Positions 8,122 through 18,449 of a stretch of DNA of 64,000 nt are shown here, piece by piece. The translations under genes were made by a program, and so were the position numbers. Each line of letters begins with the position of its first letter. Positions within the stretch are counted from its first letter, which is position 1. Origin of the DNA: a virus. The stretch lies in IMG/VR virus record IMGVR_UViG_3300024261_002139, positions 2,921 to 66,920 of that record; one strand, given 5' to 3'. Below the pieces are notes generated by a model that searched no databases, had not been told where the DNA came from, and was given only the letters and a program-made list of their open reading frames with translations.

Positions 8122-9381
8122 ATGAAGAAAAAGGTTTTAGTAAGAGGCCCCGCACTTTCTAGAAGCGGATATGGAGTTCACGCTCGAACAATTTTGCGGG
8201 CTCTTCGTGCCCACGAGGAATACTTTGACATTTTCCTCCAGAACATCAATTGGGGCAAGACCGGCTTCATACATGAGGACAACGAAGAAAAGGATTGGTT
8301 AAACCATCTAGCTGCCAAAACGGCAAAACATGCAAATGATGGAGGAAGCTTTGATGTATCATTGCAAGTAACTATCCCACCAGAGTGGGAGAGGCTTGCC
8401 CCTGTAAACATAGGAGTAACAGCCGGGATAGAAACAACCAAGATAGCACCTCAGTGGGTTGAGAAATGTCAATTGGTTGATAAGATAATTGTTGTTTCTG
8501 AACACGCCAAGGCAGGGTTCGATAACACAGCATATAAGGTAAAGCATCCGCAGACTCAAGAAGAAATAAACTTTAAAAATGAAAAACCAATTGAGGTGGT
8601 TCATTATCCTGTTCGCGAAGTTGAAGCAAAAAATCTAGATTTAGATTTGCAAACAGATTTTAATTTTCTTGTAGTGGCTCAAGTTGGCCCTCGTAAGAAT
8701 GTCGAAAACACAATTCGTGGCTTTATAGAGGAGTTTAAGGAAGATGAGAATGTTGGCTTGGTACTGAAGGTTACCAAAATAAACAACTGTATCTCAGACC
8801 GTATGATGATGGAAGCTGCTTTAGGGGCAGTCTCTCGTGAAATTCCAGACAGAAAATGCAAGGTATATCTTCTTCACGGTCATATGACAGAAGAAGAGAT
8901 GACTGGCTTGTATCGTCATCCAAAAATCAAAGCATTGGTTACTTTGGCCCACGGTGAGGGGTATGGCCTTCCTATATTCGAAGCAGCACACAATGAGCTT
9001 CCTGTAATCTCCCCAGCCTGGGGAGGGCAGTGTGACTTTCTCTACATGCCAATAAAGAACAAAAAGACTGGAAAAATAAAAAATAAACCTGCTTTTACCA
9101 AAGTGGCTTTTGATATAAATAAGATCCAACCAGCAGCCGTTTGGAAGGGTGTTTTGGAAGAAGATTCTATGTGGTGTTTCCCTAGAAAGGTGAGCTATGA
9201 ATCTGCTTTACGGGAAGTATACAAGAATTATGATCCGAAGAAGTCAGAAGCAAAGAAGTTAGCGAAGCACATAAAGAAGAATTTCACAGAAGAAAAGATA
9301 TATAAAGAGATTGCAAGTTGCATTGGGGAAATTAATACAGACTGGCATAAGAAGATAGGTGAAATTAGTGAAGAGGGGTAA
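8122..9381 (+). CDS. GT-B (GT4-like) glycosyltransferase
   Basis: SRSGYG, PRKNVE, HGEGYGLPIFEAA. Confidence 0.9.
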   Translation: MKKKVLVRGPALSRSGYGVHARTILRALRAHEEYFDIFLQNINWGKTGFIHEDNEEKDWLNHLAAKTAKHANDGGSFDVSLQVTIPPEWERLAPVNIGVTAGIETTKIAPQWVEKCQLVDKIIVVSEHAKAGFDNTAYKVKHPQTQEEINFKNEKPIEVVHYPVREVEAKNLDLDLQTDFNFLVVAQVGPRKNVENTIRGFIEEFKEDENVGLVLKVTKINNCISDRMMMEAALGAVSREIPDRKCKVYLLHGHMTEEEMTGLYRHPKIKALVTLAHGEGYGLPIFEAAHNELPVISPAWGGQCDFLYMPIKNKKTGKIKNKPAFTKVAFDINKIQPAAVWKGVLEEDSMWCFPRKVSYESALREVYKNYDPKKSEAKKLAKHIKKNFTEEKIYKEIASCIGEINTDWHKKIGEISEEG

Positions 9382-11161
9382 AACAATTGTTTTCGTTGCT
9401 GATTTCTTCAAGGGCGATTTGTTCGGCGGCGCTGAGAATAACGATTCTGTCCTTATTGAGCATCTTGAAAAAGTAGGATATGAGGTAAAAAAGGTTCATT
9501 CGCAAGATTTGCGAGTTTCTGATCTGGACTCGAATAGTTCGACCTTCATTATTGGTAACTTTATTGGATTGACTGAGGAAGTAAAAACTGCTATGTCATC
9601 CGCCAGTATTGATTATATAATCTACGAACATGATCACAAATATTTAAAAACAAGAGACCCTTCTGTTTTTGCGAATTTTAAGGCACCAGATGATCAGATT
9701 ATCAATCGTTCGTTTTACGAGAATGCCAGAGCAGTTGTCATTTTGAGCAAAGTGTGTAAAGAAATTGCTGAAAGGAATTTAGGCATTGGTAGTGTGTATA
9801 ATATTGGCTCAAGCCTTTGGTCTGAAGACAAGTTCAGTTTGCTGGAGAGGCTTTCTGCAGAAAGGAAACAAAAATCTATTCAATATGGCATTTTGGATTC
9901 CAAAAACCCAATCAAAGGAACAAAACAGTCCGCAGAATGGTGTACCAATAACAACAAGGAATATAAACTTATTGGAAGTTCTGACGAAGTTGTATTCTTA
10001 GATCAATTGCGAGATTGTGAAAAGTTAGTTTTTATGCCACAGGTTTTGGAAACATTTTCTAGACTTACTGCTGAAGCAAAAATGCTAAAGTGCAAACTGG
10101 TGACCACAAAAGGGCTAATTGGTTTTGCCAGCGAAGATTGCTATAGTCTTTCGGGCCTAGAGTTGATTGCCGAAATGAGAAGACGAGTAGGTGATGCTCT
10201 AGAGTTGTTTGAGAAACTAGTAGAAGGTGAGGAGCCTATACAACAGATTAAGAAAGTTGCTTTTATAGGGAAATTTCGTAAAATTTATGACGAACAAGGA
10301 AAGGCGCTTTCTTTAGAAAAAAGCGGATTTGAAGTTAGGAGATTTGATGAAAATACTTTCAATAAAGTGCTGCTAAACAACATAGACACTCTTATTGATT
10401 ATAATCCTGATGTTTTGATTTTTACAAAACTTCGCGTCCCCAATGCTCAGGAGGTTATTGACAAGTGCAGAAACAATGGAATTGTGACCGTTTCTTGGAT
10501 GCCGGATCTTTATTTTGGCCTAAAAAGAGAAAAAGAAATAATAAACAAGAGTCCGATGTTCCAAGCTGATTTTGTTTTTTCACCTGATGGCGGAAATCAA
10601 GATAAGTTTGAAAAAAATAAGGTTAATCATTTTTTAATAAGACAAGCGATTTATGACGAATCTTGTGAAATAAAAAATGTAGAAAAGAATCATGATTTAT
10701 TGTTTGTCGGCACCTTGGGGCCAGAACACGGAAATAGTCGTGCCGAACTATTATCTTTTTTAGAGAAAGAATATGGAGAAAAATTTTATTGGGCTGGAAG
10801 AACTGGGCCTCACGAAATAAGAGACGAGGCGCTTACAAGATTAATATCTGAATCAAAAATTGTAATTGGTGACTGCGTATTTTCAGACAAATATTGGTCT
10901 AATAGGGTTTATGAGACCTTGGGCCGGGGCGGCTTTCTTGTACATCCCAAAATTCCTGGTATTGAAGATGAATTTGAAGATGGTAAACACCTTGTTATGT
11001 TTGAACACGGAAATATGAAAGAGCTTTCTGAAAAGATAAATTATTACTTGAATTCTGAAAAAGAGCGTGAAAAAATCCGTCACTGTGGTTTAGGATATGT
11101 AAAAACAACGCACACTTTAATGAACAGGGTGGAGCAAGTAATGGAGATACTTCAAAAATGA
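9359..11161 (+). CDS. Two-module glycosyltransferase (GT4-like + CgeB-like)
   Basis: N-module GGAE and ETFSRLTAEA; C-module DLLFVG, YWSNRVYETLGRGGFL, ERE.IR..G. Confidence 0.8.
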   Translation: MKLVKRGKTIVFVADFFKGDLFGGAENNDSVLIEHLEKVGYEVKKVHSQDLRVSDLDSNSSTFIIGNFIGLTEEVKTAMSSASIDYIIYEHDHKYLKTRDPSVFANFKAPDDQIINRSFYENARAVVILSKVCKEIAERNLGIGSVYNIGSSLWSEDKFSLLERLSAERKQKSIQYGILDSKNPIKGTKQSAEWCTNNNKEYKLIGSSDEVVFLDQLRDCEKLVFMPQVLETFSRLTAEAKMLKCKLVTTKGLIGFASEDCYSLSGLELIAEMRRRVGDALELFEKLVEGEEPIQQIKKVAFIGKFRKIYDEQGKALSLEKSGFEVRRFDENTFNKVLLNNIDTLIDYNPDVLIFTKLRVPNAQEVIDKCRNNGIVTVSWMPDLYFGLKREKEIINKSPMFQADFVFSPDGGNQDKFEKNKVNHFLIRQAIYDESCEIKNVEKNHDLLFVGTLGPEHGNSRAELLSFLEKEYGEKFYWAGRTGPHEIRDEALTRLISESKIVIGDCVFSDKYWSNRVYETLGRGGFLVHPKIPGIEDEFEDGKHLVMFEHGNMKELSEKINYYLNSEKEREKIRHCGLGYVKTTHTLMNRVEQVMEILQK

Positions 11162-11661
11162 ATAGACCAATTGATAAGCTTGAATTTTGGAAATCAAGAA
11201 TTGATTCCTCCGGTGATAATAAGCACCACAGTGTTTACCGATGTGATAGCGGATTGTGGAGTGTTATAGAGAAGCATCATGTGAAGCAGATCAGGCAATT
11301 TATAAAACCTACAGATAGAGTCCTTGATGCTGCATGTGGATATGGCAGAATGGCAAAGTATTTTGCTTGTGAAAACTATACTGGTGTAGATTTCTCCCCA
11401 GACTTTATAGATTTATCTTCCAAGCAATTTCCTGATTATAATTTTGTTGTTGCAGATTTAAAAAAACTTGCTTTCAAAGATAACCAATTTGATTGGTGTT
11501 TTGGTATCTCGATTAAAGCCATGATTGTTCGCGAACTTGGAGACGATCAGTGGCTAAAGATGGAACAAGAAATTAGGCGCGTTTCCAAGAAGACAATCTT
11601 TTTAGAGTATTCGGATGGAAAAGGTAATCATCTTAAGGACAATTATGAGGTGCTGGGGTGA
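11158..11661 (+). CDS. Class I SAM-dependent methyltransferase
   Basis: VLDAACGYG, YTGVDFS, F..NQFD. Confidence 0.85.
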   Translation: MNRPIDKLEFWKSRIDSSGDNKHHSVYRCDSGLWSVIEKHHVKQIRQFIKPTDRVLDAACGYGRMAKYFACENYTGVDFSPDFIDLSSKQFPDYNFVVADLKKLAFKDNQFDWCFGISIKAMIVRELGDDQWLKMEQEIRRVSKKTIFLEYSDGKGNHLKDNYEVLG

Positions 11662-12509
11662 AAATACTTATTGTTAAACCAAAATCAGTAAACATAGATC
11701 CTTGGGTTCCTGAATTACAAAGACGTGGGCACACTGTTATAGAAAATGATTCTAAATCTATAAAACCAGATGTCATTATTGGTGCCAGCATTTCTGTAAT
11801 TAACAAAATTCGGCATGCTCATAATATCTTTCCAGATGTGCCCATGATCAATTATAATTGGGATGTTTATGAATGGGTTTGGAAACATCCTAGAGGTTAT
11901 GATTGGGAGAATTACGGAGAGCTTTTAAAGAAGAGTCACGAAGTGTGGTGTCCGTCAGAGTCAGTTGTAAGAAGAAATTGGGATTGGTTTAAAATTGGTG
12001 AAGATAAATCTATAATTATAAAAACGTTCGCTAGGTTGTTTGATTACGAGGGAGAAGTGAAAGACGAGAGATTTATTTATAATCCACTTCGGTCCATTCC
12101 CGATAGAAATTTAGGCTGGTTAAACAAGGCATGCACAAAATTAAACATACCTTTAGTGCAGAGCGCTCACCGCTTGACAGAATCTAAATTTCAGAAAACA
12201 ATTTTAAATTGTAGTTTTATGGTCTGTGAGTACTATGAAGCTTCAACAGGCGGCTTAACATTGGTTGAAGGCCATAAATACGGAAAGCCTGTACTTGTAA
12301 GCGATTCCCCATACATGGGCGCTAGAGATTATTTCGGTGACAGGGCGGAATATTTTAAGCACGATGATTATGGATCGTTTGAAAAAAAAATAAAAGAACT
12401 TTGGGAAAACACTCCTATTTTGAATCGTGACGAATGTGAAAAATTTGTTGAGCAATATACCATAGAGTCTATGATAGATAAAATGGAAGAGAGGTTAGCC
12501 AAGTTGTGA
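11658..12509 (+). CDS. Glycosyltransferase (divergent GT-B)
   Basis: VWCPS, EASTGGLTLVEGHKYGKPVLVSD (Ex7E-like). Confidence 0.75.
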   Translation: MKILIVKPKSVNIDPWVPELQRRGHTVIENDSKSIKPDVIIGASISVINKIRHAHNIFPDVPMINYNWDVYEWVWKHPRGYDWENYGELLKKSHEVWCPSESVVRRNWDWFKIGEDKSIIIKTFARLFDYEGEVKDERFIYNPLRSIPDRNLGWLNKACTKLNIPLVQSAHRLTESKFQKTILNCSFMVCEYYEASTGGLTLVEGHKYGKPVLVSDSPYMGARDYFGDRAEYFKHDDYGSFEKKIKELWENTPILNRDECEKFVEQYTIESMIDKMEERLAKL

Positions 12510-12958
12510 AAAAAAGCAATGTAGAAGATTATCTCACAATTGCTGATTGTGAGATAGGGAAAAGAGTAAAAATTATGGAACCCGTTAACATATACGGGTG
12601 TAAAATAGGAGAAGGATCTTTTATTGGCCCATTCGTAGAAATACAAAAAGGAGTCAACATTGGAGAAAACACAAGAATTAGTAGCCACACTTTCATATGT
12701 GAGGGAGTTACAATTGGAAATGGTGTGTTTGTTGCTCATGGTGTTATGTTTGTAAATGATAAATTTATTGACAACAATAAAATGAGAAAAACAATAATAG
12801 AAGATGAAGTAAAGATAGGTTCGGGAGCAGTCATTCTTCCAGTAAAAATCGGCAAAGGGGCAGTGATAGGTGCAGGATCCATAGTTACCAAAAACATCCC
12901 CGAAAATGCAGTTGTGAGCGGAAACCCTGCTGAATTTAAGTACAGGAGAGGCAATTGA
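12506..12958 (+). CDS. Hexapeptide-repeat sugar N-acetyltransferase (WbpD/WxcM-like)
   Basis: GCKIG, IGPFVEIQK, SSHTFICEGV, FVND, GAGSIVTK, SGNPA. Confidence 0.9.
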   Translation: MKKSNVEDYLTIADCEIGKRVKIMEPVNIYGCKIGEGSFIGPFVEIQKGVNIGENTRISSHTFICEGVTIGNGVFVAHGVMFVNDKFIDNNKMRKTIIEDEVKIGSGAVILPVKIGKGAVIGAGSIVTKNIPENAVVSGNPAEFKYRRGN

Positions 12959-13587
12959 CTAGAATAGAACTTTCAAATTATGTTAAAGTTTTAAAAGAAA
13001 AGACCAACATTGAACCTAGGGTTCTTTTTGAGGCCGGCTCTAAAACTGGTGACGATGCTCTGTGGCTAGCACAAAATTTATCTATACCGAACGAAGGGGT
13101 GTTCGTCGTAGAGCCACACTCTAAGTTTTTTTCAGACATAGTTGGAAAATATCCGCAGTTTACAGTTTTAAACTTGGCTATCTTTAATAAAGATGGCACA
13201 ATGGTTTTTCATGAAGCAGATAATTTAGATGATGGCCGTTCTTCTCTGATGGATAGGGAGATTTATACAAAAGACTTTACTCGGAAAGAGATAAAAACAG
13301 TCAGAATGGATACCCTGATGAAAGAACTCGACATCGATACCGTGGATGCATTCAAATTAGATGTAGAAGGAGCCTCATACGAAGTTTTAGAAAGTTTTGG
13401 AGAGTGTATCGATGATTTGAAATCAGTTCAAATCGAAGCAGAATACAGCGAAGTGTGGAAAGGGCAAAAAACTTATGGTTCTATTGTCGATTTTATGATA
13501 GAGAACGAGTTTATGAATGTGTGGGAACATGACATCATAGGAATTCAGGTGGATTCCGTCTGGGTTAAAAAGGAGTTTTTAAAGTGA
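12955..13587 (+). CDS. FkbM-family methyltransferase
   Basis: EAGSKTG, VVEP, KLDVEGASYEVL. Confidence 0.85.
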   Translation: MTRIELSNYVKVLKEKTNIEPRVLFEAGSKTGDDALWLAQNLSIPNEGVFVVEPHSKFFSDIVGKYPQFTVLNLAIFNKDGTMVFHEADNLDDGRSSLMDREIYTKDFTRKEIKTVRMDTLMKELDIDTVDAFKLDVEGASYEVLESFGECIDDLKSVQIEAEYSEVWKGQKTYGSIVDFMIENEFMNVWEHDIIGIQVDSVWVKKEFLK

Positions 13588-14591
13588 GAGTTGGTTCTGT
13601 TGTGTTATCAACATTTCAGGGGTTGGGAATTTTAGCTAAATCATTTTATGAAAACGGTATTTTAGACGAGGTTCTAATTAAACGTTCTGGCAGGATGGAA
13701 AATCATCCCCAATGGTTTGCAAATTCCCCGCTAATTGGCAATCCTTTGAATGATTTTGAAAAAAAGTTTTCAAAATCAGAACACCCAGCTGTCGTTGACT
13801 TTCTTTCTAAAATTGATGTTCTTTTGTTGTTCGAAATACCTTTTGTTGATGAACTGATCACCCTGGCAAAACAGATGGGTGTCAAGGTTGCACTAATGCC
13901 AATGTATGAATGCACTCCCTATCCTGTTTATGCCGACTTGTACATTTGCCCTTCAGTTTTGGACGAAGATTATTATAGAAACCTGTATCCTGATTCCAAA
14001 GTAGTTCAAATAAATGTACCTGTTGATGTTAAATGGCGGCTAAGAAAAAAAGCTGAAGTCTTTGTTCACAATGCAGGCAATGGAGGAACATATGGCAGAA
14101 ATGGAACAAAGGAACTTTTAGAAGCGATGAAATATGTTAATTCCCCAATTAAGCTTATCCTCAGAACTCAAAAAGATGGCCTTTCGTCCGATGATTCCCG
14201 TATAGAAATAGTAACAGAAACTGTACCATTCGAAGAATTATGGAAAGAAGGGGACGCTTTTGTTTTCCCAGAAAAATTCAATGGCCTTTCTTTGCCACTG
14301 CAAGAAGCTTATGCCAGTGGTATGATGGTAATGGCGGGGGATCGCCGGCCAAATAATGTTTGGTTACCTAATGAGCCTTTGTTTCCAGTACATTCAGAGA
14401 AAGAGACTAGAATTGTTAATGTTAATTTCAAAATGTCAAAATTTGAACCAAGAGAAATAGCAAAAAAAATTGATAAATGGTATAATAAGGACATACAAAA
14501 ATTTTCTTTAAAGGGGAAATCATGGGCTGAAGATAATTCTTGGGGCAACCTTCAGCCAATCTACATTGAAAGTTTGAGGAGTATAAAATGA
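13584..14591 (+). CDS. Glycosyltransferase (GT-B)
   Basis: QGLG loop, GRNGT, PEKFNGLSLPLQEA. Confidence 0.8.
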   Translation: MRVGSVVLSTFQGLGILAKSFYENGILDEVLIKRSGRMENHPQWFANSPLIGNPLNDFEKKFSKSEHPAVVDFLSKIDVLLLFEIPFVDELITLAKQMGVKVALMPMYECTPYPVYADLYICPSVLDEDYYRNLYPDSKVVQINVPVDVKWRLRKKAEVFVHNAGNGGTYGRNGTKELLEAMKYVNSPIKLILRTQKDGLSSDDSRIEIVTETVPFEELWKEGDAFVFPEKFNGLSLPLQEAYASGMMVMAGDRRPNNVWLPNEPLFPVHSEKETRIVNVNFKMSKFEPREIAKKIDKWYNKDIQKFSLKGKSWAEDNSWGNLQPIYIESLRSIK

Positions 14592-15550
14592 GTAGAAATG
14601 AGAAAATAGAAAATTCTAAAGTTTGTGTAATTGGTGGAGCAGGTTTTCTTGGCTCACATTTGGTTGATCACCTAATTCAAGATAAAAAGTGTGAAGTATT
14701 GGTGCTTGACAATTTAATTACGGGCCTAACAAAATATGTCAATAAAGATGCTAAATTCAAGTGGTTTGATATTAGGGATGATGAAAATGATTTAGCAAAG
14801 ATTCTAGAAAAAGAGGAAATAGAGTGGGTTTTTAATTATGCTGCGGAACCTTACATTCCAGAATGTTTTGAGCGCCCAATGCATTTTTTTGATATTAATG
14901 CAACGGCAGTCTTGAGAGTTTTAAATGCCAGCCAGAAAGCAGGAATTAGGGGCTTGCTACAGGTTTCTTCTGCGGAAATTTATGGAGACATGAAAGGAAA
15001 AATCACAGAAAAAGATCTTGTAATACCACACTCAACTTATGGTGTTTCGAAAATGGCTGCTGATGGATTGGTGCAGGTGCGCCGGAGAGAAGCAGGTGTT
15101 CCTGCTATAGCAATGCGCCAGTTTAACTGCGTCGGAGAGAGAGAAACACACGAATATGTTATACCTGAAATAATTCAACAACTAGCAAAATCAAATATGG
15201 TCCGTTTGGGAAATAATTCGTTTAGAGATTTTCAATATGCTGGAGACGCCGTAAGAATGGCAGTGGAATTGCTTGAAAAGGGAGAACTTGGAGAAGTCTA
15301 CAACATGGGTAGTGAAAACGGAATTCAAATATACGATCTTGCTTACCTGATTGGCGATTTAATGGGCCACAAAGAAATAATTATTGAAACAGACGATTCA
15401 CGTAAAAGACCGTGGGAAATTTGGCATCTTCAATCTGACAACACTAAGCTTTATTCTGTTATTGAAGCACGCCCCGAAGTTAATTTAAGGGATGCTTTGC
15501 AGAAAACTATTTCTTATTTTTGTGAAAATGGTAATAACTGGGATTTCTAA
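14588..15550 (+). CDS. NAD-dependent nucleotide-sugar epimerase/4,6-dehydratase
   Basis: GGAGFLG, SSAEIYG, YGVSK, RQFNCVG, RDFQY. Confidence 0.93.
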   Translation: MSRNEKIENSKVCVIGGAGFLGSHLVDHLIQDKKCEVLVLDNLITGLTKYVNKDAKFKWFDIRDDENDLAKILEKEEIEWVFNYAAEPYIPECFERPMHFFDINATAVLRVLNASQKAGIRGLLQVSSAEIYGDMKGKITEKDLVIPHSTYGVSKMAADGLVQVRRREAGVPAIAMRQFNCVGERETHEYVIPEIIQQLAKSNMVRLGNNSFRDFQYAGDAVRMAVELLEKGELGEVYNMGSENGIQIYDLAYLIGDLMGHKEIIIETDDSRKRPWEIWHLQSDNTKLYSVIEARPEVNLRDALQKTISYFCENGNNWDF

Positions 15551-16548
15551 TGAAGCCTGAATATATTAAACTTGAAGAAGAATATTGTAAATTTGTAGGA
15601 ACTTCTGGGTGCGTGACCACGAATACAGGAACTGGCGCCCTGCATCTTGCACTCGAAGGCTTGAATTTAGAGCCGGGTGATGAAATTATAGTTCCTGAGT
15701 TTACCATGATAGCGTCTGCTTGGTCAGTTGTATATGCTGGACTAAAGCCCGTTTTTGTAGATTGTGATGAAGAGCTTCTTATTGATGCTAGCAAGATTGT
15801 CAATAAAATTACATCGCACACAAAAGCTATTATGGTTACCCACATATACGGCCGTGTATGTGACATGAGTTCTATAATGAATATAGCAAACAAATACGGC
15901 TTAAGAGTTATCGAAGATGCTTGTGAATCTCAAGGAGCTTTTTATGGTGGCGACGAAGGCTCCGCAACAATACCAAATAAAATGGTCGGTTCTTATGATA
16001 TAGGTTGTTTTTCTTTTTACAGAAATAAGATTGTTTGTGCAGAAGAGGGGGGTGCGATCACAACAGACGACAAAGAATTGTTAAAAAGATGTGCAGATTT
16101 AAAAAGCATGTCTTTTGGTGAGAATCACGATTATCTTCATGGTAAAATTGGTTTCAACTACAGAATGACAGACGGGCAGGCAACAAAAGCACTAGAATCA
16201 CTTAAAAATGTAGAGAAGAACAACAAAAAGAGAAAAAAGATAGAAAGGTGGTATAATAATTTTATACCAGATTATATAAAAATGCCTGATACTAGGAAAG
16301 TTGTTTGGGTATATGATATCAAAATACCTGACGAGAGAAAAGACGATTTGGTGAAATTTTTGAATAACCGCAATATTGCTGCAAGGCACAGCTTTAAGCC
16401 AATGTCTATGCAACCAACATTCAATTACAATTACAAACACCTAAATGCGTATAAAATGTCCAGAAAGGTATGTTATTTGCCAGTTTTTCCAGACCTAAGA
16501 GAGACAGATGTTGCTGATATTTGCAAACTAGTTAAGGAATTTTTATGA
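15550..16548 (+). CDS. DegT/DnrJ PLP-dependent sugar aminotransferase
   Basis: TGTGALHLAL, THIYG, IEDACE, SFYRNK, EEGGA, GFNYRM. Confidence 0.93.
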   Translation: MKPEYIKLEEEYCKFVGTSGCVTTNTGTGALHLALEGLNLEPGDEIIVPEFTMIASAWSVVYAGLKPVFVDCDEELLIDASKIVNKITSHTKAIMVTHIYGRVCDMSSIMNIANKYGLRVIEDACESQGAFYGGDEGSATIPNKMVGSYDIGCFSFYRNKIVCAEEGGAITTDDKELLKRCADLKSMSFGENHDYLHGKIGFNYRMTDGQATKALESLKNVEKNNKKRKKIERWYNNFIPDYIKMPDTRKVVWVYDIKIPDERKDDLVKFLNNRNIAARHSFKPMSMQPTFNYNYKHLNAYKMSRKVCYLPVFPDLRETDVADICKLVKEFL

Positions 16549-17363
16549 AAAAGACAATTGGAATAATTGGTTATGGTTTTGTAGGAAAAGCGGTTTCTCA
16601 ATTGAAAGAAAAATATCCTGTAGAAATTTACGATCCATACGTGCCGCCATATGATAAAAGCTTAAAAGCTTTTCAACAAAACTATGTGTTTGTTTGTGTG
16701 CCCACACCGCTCAGCGCCGCCGGCAATTATGATTTGTCAGCACTAGAACAGACTGTTGCTAGGTGGAGAGAAAAGGGAGCAAAAGAGTCTATCTTGATAA
16801 TTAAATCCACTATTTCGGTAGGTACGGTGAGGCGCCTGTGTGGCCATTTCGGAACAGACAGGATTTTACACAATCCAGAATTTTTAACACAAAAAACTGC
16901 GATGAAAGATTTTCTTAGTCCTTCTGAGATTATTGTTGGGGGCAGTAGAAAAGATTTATCAAAAAAACTTATTGATTTATATAAAAAGTTTTATCAGTTA
17001 AATCATCATGAGACGAAATATTATGCAATAGATGCAGAAATGGCCGAAATGGTTAAAACTGTTAGAAATTCATATTATGCCACAAAGGTAAGTTTTTTTA
17101 ATGAAATTTATGAATTGTGCGAAAGTCAAAATATAGATTATAACAATTTTCGCAAAGTTCTTACTTCAGAAGGAGAACACCCATGGCTCGCGAAGCAACA
17201 CACACAGGTTCCGGGTCCAGATGGCATGTTTGGTTTTGGCGGTGCATGTTTACCAAAAGACGCCAATGGATTAGCAGACTTCGCCCGCAAAATAGGTGTA
17301 GAGATGAAAGTGTTGGAAGCGGCAATTGCATCCAATAACAAAAGGAGAAAAAGAGATGATTGA
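16545..17363 (+). CDS. UDP-glucose/GDP-mannose dehydrogenase family protein (short form)
   Basis: GYGFVG, CVPTP, IKST, NPEFL, GFGGACLPKD; ends shortly after catalytic Cys. Confidence 0.88.
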   Translation: MKKTIGIIGYGFVGKAVSQLKEKYPVEIYDPYVPPYDKSLKAFQQNYVFVCVPTPLSAAGNYDLSALEQTVARWREKGAKESILIIKSTISVGTVRRLCGHFGTDRILHNPEFLTQKTAMKDFLSPSEIIVGGSRKDLSKKLIDLYKKFYQLNHHETKYYAIDAEMAEMVKTVRNSYYATKVSFFNEIYELCESQNIDYNNFRKVLTSEGEHPWLAKQHTQVPGPDGMFGFGGACLPKDANGLADFARKIGVEMKVLEAAIASNNKRRKRDD

Positions 17364-18084
17364 TAGCGGAATAAGGAGTGTTGTAAAATCATTGTCGTGG
17401 AGGGCAATCGCAACTGTTGTTCTGGGAACTGTCTCCTATCTTGCGACAAGAGACCCCATTCAGACATCTATAATCACTATAGTCTATCACATATTTCAAG
17501 TGGGGGTGTTCTTTCTGCACGAACGCATCTGGAATTATGTGGCTTGGGGCCGCACTAGTGGCTTATTTGTCCAAATGACAGGTCTTAGTGGAGCTGGCAA
17601 ATCCACAATTGCCAAAAAAGTACAGAAAGGGCTTATTGGGAAAGGGTTTCGAGTAGAGGTCATTGACGGGGATGAATACCGCGAAGGGCTGTGTAGTGAC
17701 CTTGGTTTTTCAAAGGAAGACAGGAACACCAATATTCGTAGGCTTGGCTTCGTGGGGAAAGTCCTCGCAAGGAACGATGTGATTACTATCATGTCCGCAA
17801 TCAACCCATACGAGGAAATTAGGAAAGAGTTGAGAGAGCTATCCGGGAAAAGCAGGACCGTTTTTATTAATTGTGGTTTGGAAGAATTGAAGAAAAGGGA
17901 CACAAAAGGACTATACAGGAAGGCCCTCCTGCCAGACGGAGACCCAGAAAAAATAAATAATTTTACAGGAATCTCCGACCCTTTTGATTCTCCTCTCGTA
18001 TGCGACCTTACAATCAATACCGAAAAGGAAACAATAGAACAATCCGCCGCCAGGTTAGAGAAATTTATCTTGGAGAGCATATGA
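17356..18084 (+). CDS. cysC: Adenylyl-sulfate kinase with N-terminal DUF2061-like membrane domain
   Basis: KSLSWR...LHERIW membrane hairpin; TGLSGAGKST, DGD, DLGFSKEDRNTNIRR, RDTKGLY, FTGISDPF. Confidence 0.92.
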   Translation: MIDSGIRSVVKSLSWRAIATVVLGTVSYLATRDPIQTSIITIVYHIFQVGVFFLHERIWNYVAWGRTSGLFVQMTGLSGAGKSTIAKKVQKGLIGKGFRVEVIDGDEYREGLCSDLGFSKEDRNTNIRRLGFVGKVLARNDVITIMSAINPYEEIRKELRELSGKSRTVFINCGLEELKKRDTKGLYRKALLPDGDPEKINNFTGISDPFDSPLVCDLTINTEKETIEQSAARLEKFILESI

Positions 18085-18449
18085 AAGAGGTAAAGACAGA
18101 GTTTAAGGAAAAAACAATAGCGATTGATTTTGATGGTGTCATACATAAATATTCGAAAGGGTTCCAGGGTCTTGAAAATGCTTATGACCCGCCCATGGCA
18201 GGAGCAAGGGAATCAATTCAAGATTTAATAAAAAAAGGATATCGTCTGATAATTGTATCGAGTCGCCCAGTTGATGTGATCAAGCAATGGCTAAAAAAAG
18301 AGAAAATGGACCATTTTTTTGATGATGTCACAAACACGAAACATCCCGCACGATATTATATTGATGATCATGCGATTCGCTTTGAAAAAGGCGACCCGAA
18401 TGCATGGCCAGATACCTTAAAGCTTATAGATAAATTGGAGAGCGAATAA
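18081..18449 (+). CDS. HAD-superfamily phosphatase (capless)
   Basis: Start ATG 18081; IAIDFDGVI, VSSR, YYIDD. Confidence 0.85.
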   Translation: MKEVKTEFKEKTIAIDFDGVIHKYSKGFQGLENAYDPPMAGARESIQDLIKKGYRLIIVSSRPVDVIKQWLKKEKMDHFFDDVTNTKHPARYYIDDHAIRFEKGDPNAWPDTLKLIDKLESE

